Shown here in pieces: positions 18,201 to 27,491 of a stretch of DNA of 64,000 nt; the stretch's first letter is position 1, and each line of letters starts with the position of its first letter. The stretch lies in assembly GCA_049611445.1 (NCBI GenBank), contig JBMZAP010000001.1, forward strand, positions 15,308 to 79,307, read 5' to 3'. The position numbers were made by a program, and so were the translations under genes. Source of the stretch: Phycisphaeraceae bacterium. GTDB lineage: Bacteria > Planctomycetota > Phycisphaerae > Phycisphaerales > Phycisphaeraceae. Below the pieces are notes generated by a model that did not search any database, was not told the origin of the DNA, and saw nothing but the letters and a program-made list of their open reading frames with translations.

Positions 18201-19034
18201 TTGCCCAGACATGAGTGAGCGAGCCACGGGTGGTGGCACATCCAGCATCGCTTCATAGATATGCTCGCCAGGCTGAGATGCGTTCTTCTGCTCGGCGACA
18301 CGGACGCTCTGCCAATCGCCATCGCCCGACTCATCCAGCACCCGATACTGCACGGTCATCCGCATGCCGTCGGACCAGCCACGCGTGACTTGAGCACGCA
18401 GACGCACCTTGCCGTCGGCAGCGAACACCGCATCATCGGGCGTCAGCGCCTGGACTTCGTTGACCTTGGGCCACTGCGTGTCGCCCATCGGAAGCAGCCA
18501 GCGCTGTGCGGCTGTCGCCGAGGCCTGCGGTGTCGCCATCACGACTGCGAACAGCACGAGCGTCGAAAGCGCTGCAAGCAGGCAGGCCTGCACCGTCGGC
18601 TTAAGCTTGACCATGCGCTTCACGTCGACGCCACGGGTCTTCTCATTCATCTCATCGACAGCGGTCCTGGCCATCGAAGCCGTCGAGCTTGGCTCGGCAT
18701 AGCCCTGGGGTGACAACGAAAACTCAACGGCGGATGCGAGCGACCCGGCCAATTGCGGGTACAGACGTTCGGCACGCAGCGCGAGTTCGGCAAGCGATGG
18801 CCAGAACTTCACCGCCTTATTTAATCGTGTCACCAGCCACACCCCGGCCAAGCCTATCACGACCAGCCCGATCAGCAGTCGCATCGCACCGGGCATCCGC
18901 AGCGCGTAGTCGAGCAGGCCAAGTCCGATCGCAATCGGCAGCAGGACCGCCAGCAATTGGGCACAGCGACGAACGATCAGAAGTAACCGACCTGTTCGTC
19001 GTACCGACCGTAGTTGTTGCGCGATGTGCTGCAA
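15288..19034 (-). CDS. 1248-aa membrane-anchored protein with a long Q/E/A-rich coiled coil (DUF4175-like)
   Basis: TTG start. Two N-terminal TM helices (LLAVLLPIAIGLGLLDYAL, LLIGLVVIGLAGVWLV), a beta-rich middle, and from about aa 590-1130 (nt ~15644-17264) continuous heptad-like Q/E/A/K low-complexity sequence. Its position downstream of the BatA/vWA genes matches DUF4175-type proteins as I remember them. Confidence 0.75.
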   Translation of the reverse strand: MQHIAQQLRSVRRTGRLLLIVRRCAQLLAVLLPIAIGLGLLDYALRMPGAMRLLIGLVVIGLAGVWLVTRLNKAVKFWPSLAELALRAERLYPQLAGSLASAVEFSLSPQGYAEPSSTASMARTAVDEMNEKTRGVDVKRMVKLKPTVQACLLAALSTLVLFAVVMATPQASATAAQRWLLPMGDTQWPKVNEVQALTPDDAVFAADGKVRLRAQVTRGWSDGMRMTVQYRVLDESGDGDWQSVRVAEQKNASQPGEHIYEAMLDVPPPVARSLMSGQRSSATLEVRYIAGDDTTPTQELTLAARPEISSVVVSSNPPEYALGLLTEQRIALHEQTDRIVSASVLDGSSITFEVKFNKPLPVELATTAADLVSKQPVVTDPAAGKAAMRWRSEPVVELDQTTTDTVDGFTVSGVLASTLQVQLPLTDGFGLKSAESGKTYQVQLIADELPASVLLKPATDESVLPNATVELSAMAQDDIAMQSLKLDIVVPDRENTPENAEQVATRSLEDGRLIKTGRVETLELDYTLALGDLNLLPGDEVLITAMGQDIYELDGYRHEPVASDTRRLRVITEQELADQVRRVLRGVRNTGQSLERNQRLVSERTESSPPAETSEQQGDISRRIAAQQDTVQALRDRLERNRPHNLEALEDLLDRADATLEQAEQASEQAQQSLNEAASQQQQGEQAQQQQQDAAAQNDKAAEAQAKQDAQQAKANQEKAQAEAREAQDEAREQLAELVAALDTGESVGEIESELAEIQRDAERAAQKTKELLPKTIGQKAENLDEATRKELEENADKQRELADRAEALIDKMRAAAEQIGENGETPEERATAETLSEAADIAEREGLQENTEQAAEKLDQNQVADAANQQQQAMNTLEQMMQELGKQKQRRQEELKRLLQELAQKIQKLVDEQRDQLARAEAAEPNALGVLEQPQFMLRKRTMAVQAQAMQSAKTEAAGEPLGEAVQAQAEAVKAIRVPDKQSTLNHEADALAALEAALAAINKEQQQQQEEQQQEERFALRQAYYDLADRQERLVAIGTQHVQDEDYSRRDWRQINRLYEEQLEDKSFEEEQAAIRTVATDLQDKAGEAMVYQSLHRRIDQAANRAENRLSGRRIDTLVLDDQRTVVIMLRAMGDALDDSAEQDKFEKDEQEQPEQPDGEQGPPGPGEEPPLVPDLAQIKLLREVMIVLRNQTESLAEAGDALEDADRNQRLNDLAEQQRELKGLGEQLIEKLKEQMQPREQEPRN

Positions 19035-19174
19035 TCCGGGCTCCCTTTTTCAGACCCCGCTCACCTGTTTATCGACGCAGGCGGGCTGCCGACCATACAT
19101 AGGACGAACGGGCAGGCGGTCGGGTTCCTTGCCGTTTTTTGATTGATACGGGGGGCGACAGGCTCCCCACCATC

Positions 19175-21604
19175 CTAAACGAGCTTCAGCCCACGGCGAA
19201 GCGCCCATTCCAAAGTCAACAGGCCCAGCAGGACCAATAATGCGATCAGGGTGTTTGTGAGTGGCTGTCGCGTCTCGCTGGTCAATTCACGTGATCGATC
19301 GGGCACCAGCGCTTCAAGCTGGGCAAGATTGCTCAACTCGATGACCGCCCCGCCCGTCCCGTTCGCTAATTTGATCAGGCGGCCGTGGTCTGTTGCCGCG
19401 CGGGCGAGCTCCTGGGCAGGGTCGCGCACCTCGGCGGGTGCTTCAAGCTCCAGCGCGTCAAGCAGTGGCTCGTTGACGCGCAACACGAACCGGCCGGGCT
19501 GGTCGCTGCGCCAGTTTGCCTGATACACCGCGCGGGCGCCCGAGTCGAGGTCGCCCTGGAAGCCGGTCGGTCGCAGTTCGACCTCACTGACTTCCCGCAG
19601 GTCCTGCTCATCGGCTGAGTTCTGTGCGAACACTTGCACACGAACACTCTGCGGGGCGCTGCGGATCAGCGCGGGGTCGTCGATGATCAGTTCAACCAGT
19701 TGCGTCGCGCCCAGATCCACCGCGGTCGGGGATACAACAAAGCGCGCCCGGTCATCGACCTGTTGCAGCCGCGTTCGGCCGAGCTTGCGCATCAATTGAA
19801 TCCAGAACTGCTCGAAGTAGACTTCACCGCCGACTTTACGCCAGCGGAACGTCTCGTCGGTGCCGACGTAGATCACTTCGCCGCCGCCGAAGCGGTAGAG
19901 CACGACCAGGGGTGAAGGCTGGCCGGTTGCCGCGTTAACCATCCCGACAGCATGCGCGAGGGTTCGACTACCCGGCCGCAGAGTTCCAAGATCCTGTGCC
20001 CATCGGAATGGCGGCAGGTTGCTGGGCCATTCCGCCAAGGGTGAGCCAGCCTCGTCGCCACGCTTCAACGACAAACGCAACAGGTTCAATTCCTCGGCCG
20101 CTTCCGTCGGGACGATTGGCACCTCAAAACCCGTGTCCGGCACCAATCGGCCCACTGAAGAGGGCGTTGTCATCGGCAACAACAACTCAAGATCTGTTCC
20201 GGCATACAGGTTCGGCGTGTACCGGTCACCACCGATCCACAACAGGCCCGCGCGGCGCGTTGCAACATGCTCGCGAACAAGAGCCAATTGTTGATCCGAG
20301 AAGAAACGCGGGTGCACATCGCCAATTACGATCACGTCGTACGGCCGAATCTCCTCGGCGGTCAGAGGGAAACGAGACAACGGTGTATCGCCTTCCTGTA
20401 CAAATCCGCGGTCCGCATCAACCAAGAGGATCGACGAATCGATCGACTCTTCGCGCTTGAGCATCGGCACAAGGAACTTGTACTCCCAGCGTGCACGATC
20501 AACATACAGCACCTTCAGGGCCCGATCGACCATCGCGATGGAGACCGATCGGCTGTTGTTGTTGGTTGCGATCTCGGCCTGGATCTTCTTGACGCTGCCT
20601 TCGTACGACACCTCGGCACGCAGGTTCAGTTCACCGGCCAACTCAGATTGGGCCTGCAAACGTACGGGGCTGTTAAAGCCGTCCTCTTCGAGCGTGCGCT
20701 CGTCGACGATGTCGCCCGTGTCTTCGTCAATAAGACGGACAATCACTTTCGCTGGGTCGATGTTGAGTGATTGCGCCTCTCCAGGCACGATGTCCTGACG
20801 ACGGACGGTGACAGTCAGCGGCACAAGGTCGCCGGCGAATGCGCTGACCGGCGCATCGACACGCTGTACCGCGAGATCCAGGCGTGGCAGCGCACTACCC
20901 AAGGGCACACTGAAGACAGGGATGTCCTGTCGCGCGAGCTTTTCGATCGTAGCTTCACCGGTCGGCTGCGGTGATTGGCCGTCTCCAAAAAGTACCACAC
21001 CCGAGACTGTTCGCCCCGCAGCGGCCTGCAGGACCTGGTCCAAGGCGGTGCGCAGATTCGTCGCCTGGACACTGGGCTCGCTGAGCAGATTCTCACGACT
21101 GGGCGGATCGATCGGGTAAGCCTCGCGGTCATAGCCGAACCAGACAATATTGCGTGTCTCGCCAAGCTTTTCTTCACCAAATAGTTCGAGTTGGGTGGCG
21201 AGCGCGTTGCGCAACGCTTCGTCCCGGCTGATCGCGTTGCCATCGACCTGCGTGTCGGCGAAAGTCATCGATGCGCTGCGGTCGACCATGACCAGCAGCC
21301 AGTCTGATTCGGGGGTGATATCTGTCCGCACGACGGTTGGACCAGCCAGCAGTACCGCCAGTGCGATCAGCAACAGTGTCCGGAACATCGCCAGACCAAA
21401 ACGCGCCCAGCGCGCCCCTTCCATCCGCGCATAACTGCCGTGCGCGATCGCCAATGCAGCGATCACAATTAAAAGCCATGCCCAGCCAGGCAATGGATAC
21501 GTCCAACCCAAAGCGGTGTTCTCATCACCCAGCGACATCGAGGAGTCCAGGCCAAAAAGCCTGTCCAACAGGGATCCAAGTATTGGCGTCGCGCCAAAAG
21601 TCAT
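19175..21604 (-). CDS. membrane vWA-domain protein with a GATase1-like C-terminal domain (BatB/C-like)
   Basis: Trimmed to ATG 21604, which overlaps the upstream TGA (ATGA at 21601-21604). TM helices, then the vWA MIDAS-like LLVMVDRSASM, later YDVIVIGDV...LLWIGG (class-I amidotransferase-like fold) and a C-terminal TM LIALLVLLGLLTLEWAL. Confidence 0.8.
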   Translation of the reverse strand: MTFGATPILGSLLDRLFGLDSSMSLGDENTALGWTYPLPGWAWLLIVIAALAIAHGSYARMEGARWARFGLAMFRTLLLIALAVLLAGPTVVRTDITPESDWLLVMVDRSASMTFADTQVDGNAISRDEALRNALATQLELFGEEKLGETRNIVWFGYDREAYPIDPPSRENLLSEPSVQATNLRTALDQVLQAAAGRTVSGVVLFGDGQSPQPTGEATIEKLARQDIPVFSVPLGSALPRLDLAVQRVDAPVSAFAGDLVPLTVTVRRQDIVPGEAQSLNIDPAKVIVRLIDEDTGDIVDERTLEEDGFNSPVRLQAQSELAGELNLRAEVSYEGSVKKIQAEIATNNNSRSVSIAMVDRALKVLYVDRARWEYKFLVPMLKREESIDSSILLVDADRGFVQEGDTPLSRFPLTAEEIRPYDVIVIGDVHPRFFSDQQLALVREHVATRRAGLLWIGGDRYTPNLYAGTDLELLLPMTTPSSVGRLVPDTGFEVPIVPTEAAEELNLLRLSLKRGDEAGSPLAEWPSNLPPFRWAQDLGTLRPGSRTLAHAVGMVNAATGQPSPLVVLYRFGGGEVIYVGTDETFRWRKVGGEVYFEQFWIQLMRKLGRTRLQQVDDRARFVVSPTAVDLGATQLVELIIDDPALIRSAPQSVRVQVFAQNSADEQDLREVSEVELRPTGFQGDLDSGARAVYQANWRSDQPGRFVLRVNEPLLDALELEAPAEVRDPAQELARAATDHGRLIKLANGTGGAVIELSNLAQLEALVPDRSRELTSETRQPLTNTLIALLVLLGLLTLEWALRRGLKLV

Positions 21605-23946
21605 ACGCCACCCCCCGCTGTCGGCGTGGCGGAACTGCCACGCAGAGCGCCGAGCGCCCGCCCGATGACCGTCGGAGTACTGTGATCTGTCGCGTGGCTG
21701 AACCACCGTGCAAGGAACGTCTCCAGCAGCACAAGACCAAGCAGGATCCACAACAGCAGCATCGTCAGGTTCCGGCCCAGCGATGTTTTTGCAAGTACAC
21801 CACCAGCCTGCTGTCTTTCACTGAGGTAAGACCACCCCCCGAGTTCGTCGAGGAACAATTCCAACGCCCCCTGCCCGCCGACGGTATCACCCGCTGCACT
21901 GTCTGCGTTTACTGAGAGCAATCGCGGTGAACCGCCAACCGTGCCTTGATACACGCCTGGTTGATCGGCTGGCCCGCGCATCGAAACATCCTGCCCATCG
22001 CTTTGGACCAGTAATTGAATGGCTTTTTCACTTCCCAGAAGGTCCAACTCACCGACACCACGCCACGTACGGTTCAGGCTCGTCTCATGGCCTGCGATCA
22101 GAGACGCCTGGCCCGTGCTATTACCCAAGACACCACGCAGCGTATCGTGCATCAACGGCACGAACAGTGCACGGATCGGCAGGTTCGTAAACCGTGTATC
22201 CAGCGGCACCGCACTGAAAACCAGCGAACCGTCACCAATGCCGCGCTGAGCCAGCACGACCGGCTTTTCAACCTCTGGCACCAACACATCGTCGGTCTTC
22301 AGCACAACCCACTGGTCTTCCGCGTCAGTTGAAAGCGGCAGCCATGACTGCAACGACCACCAACCGAGCTTTTCGCGCCAGTCTGCCGCAAGGAACTGCA
22401 GCGCGTCGGGCGGAGCCGTGGTTTCATCAACACTGATGGATTGCTTCGTTGATCCTACTTCTGGTTCGTATCGAACGAGCGCGTCACCAAGGGTCCAGGG
22501 CAATTCAAATGAACGTGTCATGGTCTGTGCCCAGTCCGGCTCGGTCTCGAGTGCCGGCGTGAAGACCCAGACCAACCCACCACCCTCGGCAAAGGCCTGC
22601 AGGGTTTCCCAGCCTCGCAGCGTCAACTCGTCGGGACGCAGCACCACCGCAGCGTCGAACGACTCGATCGCCTCCATATTTACGGCTGTAGGCAACATCG
22701 TTGACAGCTCGAACGACCCGCTCGCGGCTCGCCCGCTCGGTGACAGTGCCGCGCGAACCCATTGCCAGGGCTCAAGCTCACCGGGATTCGGATTGATGTC
22801 CTGTTCGTTATCGACCAGCGCTACCTGCAGACGATCTCGCAGACGCACAACAGCCGTCGCCGAATCATCCGCCGACAGCACATCCAGCCCGGCATCACTC
22901 GCGTCAGCAACCAGTTCCGCTCGCACAATCAACTCGCGACCACTACCGATCAGTGCGTCGCTGGAGAGTTGCACAGGCAGATCAAAATTGGCGCTCTGTT
23001 CACGGGCCCCGCTGCCGAAGCGCACCTCGCGGGTCGTCTCAGCGAGGACCTGGTCGGAAGATGTTTCAACTTTGACCTGCAATTGAACCGTGCGGGCCTG
23101 TCCAATTGAACCGAAACGCCGCAAGACGACCTGCCCGCCAACAACGGTCGCGCCGGTGGACTCGGCGACGACCATCTGCCGACGCAGGCTCAGTGCCTTG
23201 ACCTGTATGTTGTCCGTGCCCTGTGGTGGCTGTGCGGTGACGATGGTTGCGCGTTCGCCAAGGTCTTCCAGTTCGGGTGGCAACTGTTGTTCAAAGTAAG
23301 GTGAGGTCGATGGAAAATCACTGAGCAGTACGATTACCGCATCATCGGTTCCCGTGGCGTCCATCGATGATTGCACAAGCGCCAAGGATTCAATCAGCTC
23401 ACCACGGCTGAAGCGCGGCTCGATTGATTCAATCGCTTCCTTCAGCTTGGCTGAATCCGAGGTCGGTTCGCCGAGCACTTGAACAACCGGGCGGGCCATG
23501 CGGAGGATTACGGCCCGGTCGCTCGCCCCCATCTCATCAATTACTGAAAGCGCCTGTTGCTTGTGCTGATCGAGCCGAGTGCTGCCTGCTTCGCGTGTCT
23601 GGCTTGAGAGCGCATCGTCAATGATGAGATAGACCACTCGTCCGCTGCTCCCGGTGAGCGATAACCCCGACTTTGAGCAGCCGCTCAAGACCGGACCGGC
23701 CAACGCCAGGCCCGCCAGCAAGACAACCATACAACGGACAAGTAACAGTAAAAGTTTCTCGAGTTGTAGCCGCTTACGCTGTTTCTGATAGGCCTCGATG
23801 AGGAATCGCATGGCCCCCCATGCCTCGGGTCGGCGTCGAAACCGGCTCATCAGATGGATGATGATCGGGATCGCAACCGCCGCCGCGCCGATCGCTGCGA
23901 GAGCGGGCGCGGTAAAGAGTCCTGCGGCTTGGGCGATCGTGTTCAT
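21601..23946 (-). CDS. BatA_N-domain plus vWA membrane protein
   Basis: N-terminus MNTIAQAAGLFTAPALAAIGAAAVAIPIIIHLMSRFRRR is the aerotolerance BatA N-terminal signature. vWA-like VVYLIIDDALSSQ. The ORF track starts at TTG 23961; I prefer ATG 23946, 12 nt after the DUF58 stop. Confidence 0.8.
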   Translation of the reverse strand: MNTIAQAAGLFTAPALAAIGAAAVAIPIIIHLMSRFRRRPEAWGAMRFLIEAYQKQRKRLQLEKLLLLLVRCMVVLLAGLALAGPVLSGCSKSGLSLTGSSGRVVYLIIDDALSSQTREAGSTRLDQHKQQALSVIDEMGASDRAVILRMARPVVQVLGEPTSDSAKLKEAIESIEPRFSRGELIESLALVQSSMDATGTDDAVIVLLSDFPSTSPYFEQQLPPELEDLGERATIVTAQPPQGTDNIQVKALSLRRQMVVAESTGATVVGGQVVLRRFGSIGQARTVQLQVKVETSSDQVLAETTREVRFGSGAREQSANFDLPVQLSSDALIGSGRELIVRAELVADASDAGLDVLSADDSATAVVRLRDRLQVALVDNEQDINPNPGELEPWQWVRAALSPSGRAASGSFELSTMLPTAVNMEAIESFDAAVVLRPDELTLRGWETLQAFAEGGGLVWVFTPALETEPDWAQTMTRSFELPWTLGDALVRYEPEVGSTKQSISVDETTAPPDALQFLAADWREKLGWWSLQSWLPLSTDAEDQWVVLKTDDVLVPEVEKPVVLAQRGIGDGSLVFSAVPLDTRFTNLPIRALFVPLMHDTLRGVLGNSTGQASLIAGHETSLNRTWRGVGELDLLGSEKAIQLLVQSDGQDVSMRGPADQPGVYQGTVGGSPRLLSVNADSAAGDTVGGQGALELFLDELGGWSYLSERQQAGGVLAKTSLGRNLTMLLLWILLGLVLLETFLARWFSHATDHSTPTVIGRALGALRGSSATPTAGGGV

Positions 23947-23957
23947 CAACGTCTGGG

Positions 23958-25013
23958 TCAACTCCCCCGGTTAATCATGGCGGTGCGTTTGGCCAGGAAG
24001 TGCGACAGCGGCGGCCCCAGGGGCTCGCTCGTGTTTAACAGGATGTGGTCAATCTGGAACTTCTGACAGGCGCGTTCCACCGCACGGTTATGTTCCTCGA
24101 CGACTTCAAGATATGCCTTGCGAATCGCGTGGGGGTCCAGCGGCAGTCGGCCTTCACCTTCCAGCCCGCGGAACTCGCTGACACTGCGGAAAGGAAAGTT
24201 AAGCTCGGCTGGGTCCATCACCTGGATCACCAGTGCATCGTGGCCTCGGTATCGCAGCCGGGCAAGGCCCCGCTCAATATTGGCCACGTCGTCAAACAGG
24301 TCACTGATGAGTACGACCAGTGCCTTGCGTCTCAGCTGGGCGAGCAGCTGATCGAACATGGTGCCAAGGTTGGTTCGCCCCTGGATCGTTTCACTGCTGG
24401 CCTTCTGTTCGCTCGGCTCACCAACCATCTGCGCATCGACCAGCGCGGTCGTAATATCGCGCCAGTGGTTCTGGTTGTTGCTCAGTCGTGTTGACTGCTT
24501 CACCTCGTCGGCGAACACGCCCAGCCCGACACGGTCTGCCTGATTGAGCGAAAGTTGAGCGAGTGCAACTACCAGTGCACACGCATGATCGATCTTTCGC
24601 CATCCCGCTGGGGGTTTGCCCTTGAAGTCGCGACCCGCCCCGCTGGGCGGATTGCCCTGATTCATCAGGTCAGCTTTGGCGCGGCTACCAGTGAACCGGG
24701 TGCCGGAGGTGTAGTCCATCGATGAGCTGACATCGACCAGCACCATCAGGTCGAGGTTCGTTTCGCGGACGTACTGCTTCAGGTACAGCTTGTCCGTCTT
24801 GGCCATCACCTTCCAGTCCAGGAAGCGCGGGTCGTCGCCGGGCACGTATTGGCGGTGCTGGGCAAACTCGACGGAGAAGCCCTGCATCGGCGAGCGGTGC
24901 ATCCCGGTCATCAGGCCGTCCACGATCATGCGCGCCCGCAGTTCCAAGGACCCGACGCGCGCGAGCGTTTCAGGGTCGAGGTAGCTGGTGAAACTGGCGG
25001 TTGAACTGGGCAT
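23958..25013 (-). CDS. DUF58 (vWA-like) protein, MoxR partner
   Basis: Motifs HRSPMQGFSVEFAQHRQYVPGDDPRFLDWKV and LMVLVDVSSSMDY are typical of DUF58. Located directly downstream of MoxR. Confidence 0.85.
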   Translation of the reverse strand: MPSSTASFTSYLDPETLARVGSLELRARMIVDGLMTGMHRSPMQGFSVEFAQHRQYVPGDDPRFLDWKVMAKTDKLYLKQYVRETNLDLMVLVDVSSSMDYTSGTRFTGSRAKADLMNQGNPPSGAGRDFKGKPPAGWRKIDHACALVVALAQLSLNQADRVGLGVFADEVKQSTRLSNNQNHWRDITTALVDAQMVGEPSEQKASSETIQGRTNLGTMFDQLLAQLRRKALVVLISDLFDDVANIERGLARLRYRGHDALVIQVMDPAELNFPFRSVSEFRGLEGEGRLPLDPHAIRKAYLEVVEEHNRAVERACQKFQIDHILLNTSEPLGPPLSHFLAKRTAMINRGS

Positions 25014-25093
25014 AAACGCGTGGGCTAAGAGGAATTGCTGAGGATGCGCTCTTCAGGTGAATCATCCGTGTATGCACGGATGCCAAGCACGTG

Positions 25094-26149
25094 TCAGTGC
25101 AGCACTGCTTCCGCCTGGGCGTCGCTCGCCGCATCGACCTTGATGTGATCCAGCAACTGCGTGATCAGGTCGTCGCTGCTGACGCCGTCCGCCTCGGCGG
25201 CAAAGTTCGTCAGGATGCGGTGGCGCAGGACGGGCAGGGTCACGGCCTGGATGTCCTCGGGCTCGACATGGGTTCGGCCGTGCAGCAGCGCATGAGCCTT
25301 GCCCGCGAGGATGAGGTTCTGGCTGGCGCGCGGGCCGGCCCCCCAGCGGAGGTAGTTGGCGAGGAAGTCCGGCCGGGGATCAGCTTCGCCTTTCTCGGGG
25401 AAACGCGTCGCGCGGACCAGCCTGAGCGCGTATTTCACAACGTGGTCTGCGACCGGCACATCGCGCACAACGTCCTGGATTTGCAGGACCTTTTCTGCGG
25501 TCAGCACGTGCTCGACACTCGCCTTGCTGCGTGAGGTCGTGCGCTTAACGATTTCAAGTTCTTCGCTTTCACTCGGGTAGCCGACCTTGATGTTGAACAT
25601 GAACCGGTCCAGCTGTGCCTCGGGCAGCGGGTAGGTGCCTTCCTGCTCGATCGGGTTCTGCGTCGCGAGGACGAAGAAGGGTTGAGGCAGTGCATGACGC
25701 ATGCCGCCGGCCGTCACGTGGTGCTCCTGCATGGCTTCGAGCAGCGCGGCCTGAGTCTTGGGGGGCGTCCGGTTGATTTCGTCGGCGAGGATGACATTGG
25801 CGAAGACCGGGCCCTTGACGAAGCGCATCTCGCGGTGGCCCGTGGTCTTATTCTCTTCAATGACCTCGGTGCCGGTGATGTCCGATGGCATCAGGTCGGG
25901 TGTGAACTGGATGCGGTTGAACTGGAGGCTGAGGGTCTGCGCGACGGTCGAGACAAGCAGCGTCTTGGCGAGACCGGGTACACCGACGAGCAGGCCGTGC
26001 CCCTTGGTGAACAGACAGATGAAAAGTTGTTCGATGACTTCGTCCTGACCGACGACGATCTGGCCGACCTGCTCCTTGAGCCCCTTGGCGGCCTGGCTGA
26101 CCTCCTTTACGAGGTCGGTGTTCGCGTCGGGTGGGGTCTGATCAGACAT
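25094..26149 (-). CDS. MoxR-family AAA+ ATPase
   Basis: Walker A GVPGLAKT, Walker [35 protein letters not shown], and the C-terminal lid [23 protein letters not shown]. Confidence 0.95.
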   Translation of the reverse strand: MSDQTPPDANTDLVKEVSQAAKGLKEQVGQIVVGQDEVIEQLFICLFTKGHGLLVGVPGLAKTLLVSTVAQTLSLQFNRIQFTPDLMPSDITGTEVIEENKTTGHREMRFVKGPVFANVILADEINRTPPKTQAALLEAMQEHHVTAGGMRHALPQPFFVLATQNPIEQEGTYPLPEAQLDRFMFNIKVGYPSESEELEIVKRTTSRSKASVEHVLTAEKVLQIQDVVRDVPVADHVVKYALRLVRATRFPEKGEADPRPDFLANYLRWGAGPRASQNLILAGKAHALLHGRTHVEPEDIQAVTLPVLRHRILTNFAAEADGVSSDDLITQLLDHIKVDAASDAQAEAVLH

Positions 26150-26255
26150 GCAATGACCTTTCGGGTTTAAACAAGCGGCGATCGAGTATAGCCGTGCAGT
26201 TTCGCGGGCGGTGAACGGGCAGGTTGTTCACGGGTTGTCGGCCTAGAATCGCACC

Positions 26256-27122
26256 ATGCCAGAGCTGCCCGAGGTGGAGTGTGTACGTTTGTCGTTGGAG
26301 CGTCTTGTGGTGGGACGTACCGTGACAGCCGTGCGCGTCAGCCGATCCGAAGTGATCACCGGTCCAGCCAACGATCAGGCATTGCTGGTGGGGGACAAGA
26401 TGTCGAAAGTGATCCGCCACGGCAAACAGCTTGCGATTGTTGGCAGGGCTGGTGGGTGTGTCTGTGTGCATCTGGGCATGTCGGGACAACTCTGCGTCAC
26501 CAGGCCGACCCTAACTAAACGCTTAAACGTCACGAGTGGTTCAGATCTCGGCGACGAACTGCCAGCCCATACGCATGTGTATTGGCAATTGGACGACGGG
26601 CTGGGCCTGCGGTTCACCGACCCAAGACGGTTTGGAGGCTTGTGGACATTCAAAGACGAGCAGGCACTATTTGCCAGGCGATGGTCTTCGCTTGGGCCTG
26701 ATGCATTGCGGATCACGCCGGGGCAGTTGTCCCAAGGCCTCAAACGGACGCGGCGGAGCCTGAAGGCAGCCCTGTTAGATCAGCACATCATCGCAGGGCT
26801 GGGCAATATCTATGTTGATGAATTGCTATTTAACGCGAAGCTGCACCCGCTGATGGCTTCTAATGAGCTTGATCGATCGCAGACACATGGATTGGTGCGT
26901 CGCATTAAGACGCTCCTGAAGGGGGCTATTGAGCTTGGTGGATCCAGCCTGCGGGACTACGTCGACGCAGACAATCAAAAAGGCAGCCAGCAGAGTCGCC
27001 ACCGTGTCTATGGCCGAGGTGGGCAACGCTGCAAGCGGCGTGGTTGCTCCAGCATCATCCACAGCGAACAGATCGCAGGCCGGACCACGGCCTGGTGCCC
27101 GTCCTGCCAGTCGATGGGATAG
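26256..27122 (+). CDS. mutM: formamidopyrimidine-DNA glycosylase
   Basis: N-terminal MPELPEVE catalytic motif, H2TH region LLDQHIIAGLGNIYVDELLF, and the C-terminal zinc finger CKRRGC...CPSCQ. Confidence 0.9.
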   Translation: MPELPEVECVRLSLERLVVGRTVTAVRVSRSEVITGPANDQALLVGDKMSKVIRHGKQLAIVGRAGGCVCVHLGMSGQLCVTRPTLTKRLNVTSGSDLGDELPAHTHVYWQLDDGLGLRFTDPRRFGGLWTFKDEQALFARRWSSLGPDALRITPGQLSQGLKRTRRSLKAALLDQHIIAGLGNIYVDELLFNAKLHPLMASNELDRSQTHGLVRRIKTLLKGAIELGGSSLRDYVDADNQKGSQQSRHRVYGRGGQRCKRRGCSSIIHSEQIAGRTTAWCPSCQSMG

Positions 27123-27218
27123 ATCATGCCCAATCGATCGAGTTTTCCCCGATTGTCCCCCTGCCCCATCTCATTGAAGCTTGCCAGGCTTTGTCCGATC
27201 GGCGTCTGCGAGGGTTCT

Positions 27219-27253
27219 GAAGAGAGAAAGAAAGGATTAATTTCTTCTCTCTC
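27219..27253. terminator. polypurine/polypyrimidine imperfect hairpin between convergent mutM and dnaA
   Basis: GAAGAGAGAAAGAAA-ggattaa-TTTCTTCTCTCTC. About 13 bp of pairing with one bulge, by hand folding. Could be a bidirectional terminator or an H-DNA-prone mirror tract. Confidence 0.3.
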
Positions 27254-27272
27254 TAGTATAGCGGTGGCGCTT

Positions 27273-27281
27273 TGTGGACAA
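27273..27281 (-). promoter_or_regulatory. DnaA-box-like 9-mer (TTGTCCACA on the minus strand)
   Basis: One mismatch to the TTATCCACA consensus. Lies in the 486-bp non-coding spacer downstream of dnaA. Confidence 0.35.
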
Positions 27282-27491
27282 TTGGCAGGGTGGTCCATAA
27301 AGCACTGTCAAAAATAGACTTCCGCCTGTACTGGCGGGTAGAGGAATTGTCGTCTGGCTGGCGGTGGCGCTCGCCGGGCGCCGCTGGGTACCGGATATTG
27401 TGGTCCGGCGGGCCCAAGGGGCGGCGAGCCCTGTCGCTCAACTGGGTCTTTCTCTCATCTGCAGCACACAAAGAGCGCGCTTGTGCACGTG

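Noticed and set aside
20083-20093. GGTTCAATTCC, a tRNA T-loop-like string.
   Set aside because: The flanking bases do not form a T-stem (CAGG...CCTC), and no acceptor or anticodon arms can be drawn. It lies inside a well-supported CDS.
27338-27356. GTAGAGGAATTGTCGTCTGGC, reminiscent of the RNase P RNA CR-I GAGGAAAGUCCGGGC.
   Set aside because: The conserved AGUCC core is absent. None of the other RNase P conserved regions (for example ACAGAAnCCGGCUUA) is present nearby. I also saw no tmRNA, SRP RNA or 6S hallmarks that I could defend.
27261-27371. Possible CRISPR-like or mobile-element repeat (GCGGTGGCGCT twice).
   Set aside because: There are only two 11-nt copies, no array periodicity, no cas genes and no transposase. 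It is kept only as a curiosity within the origin/spacer finding.
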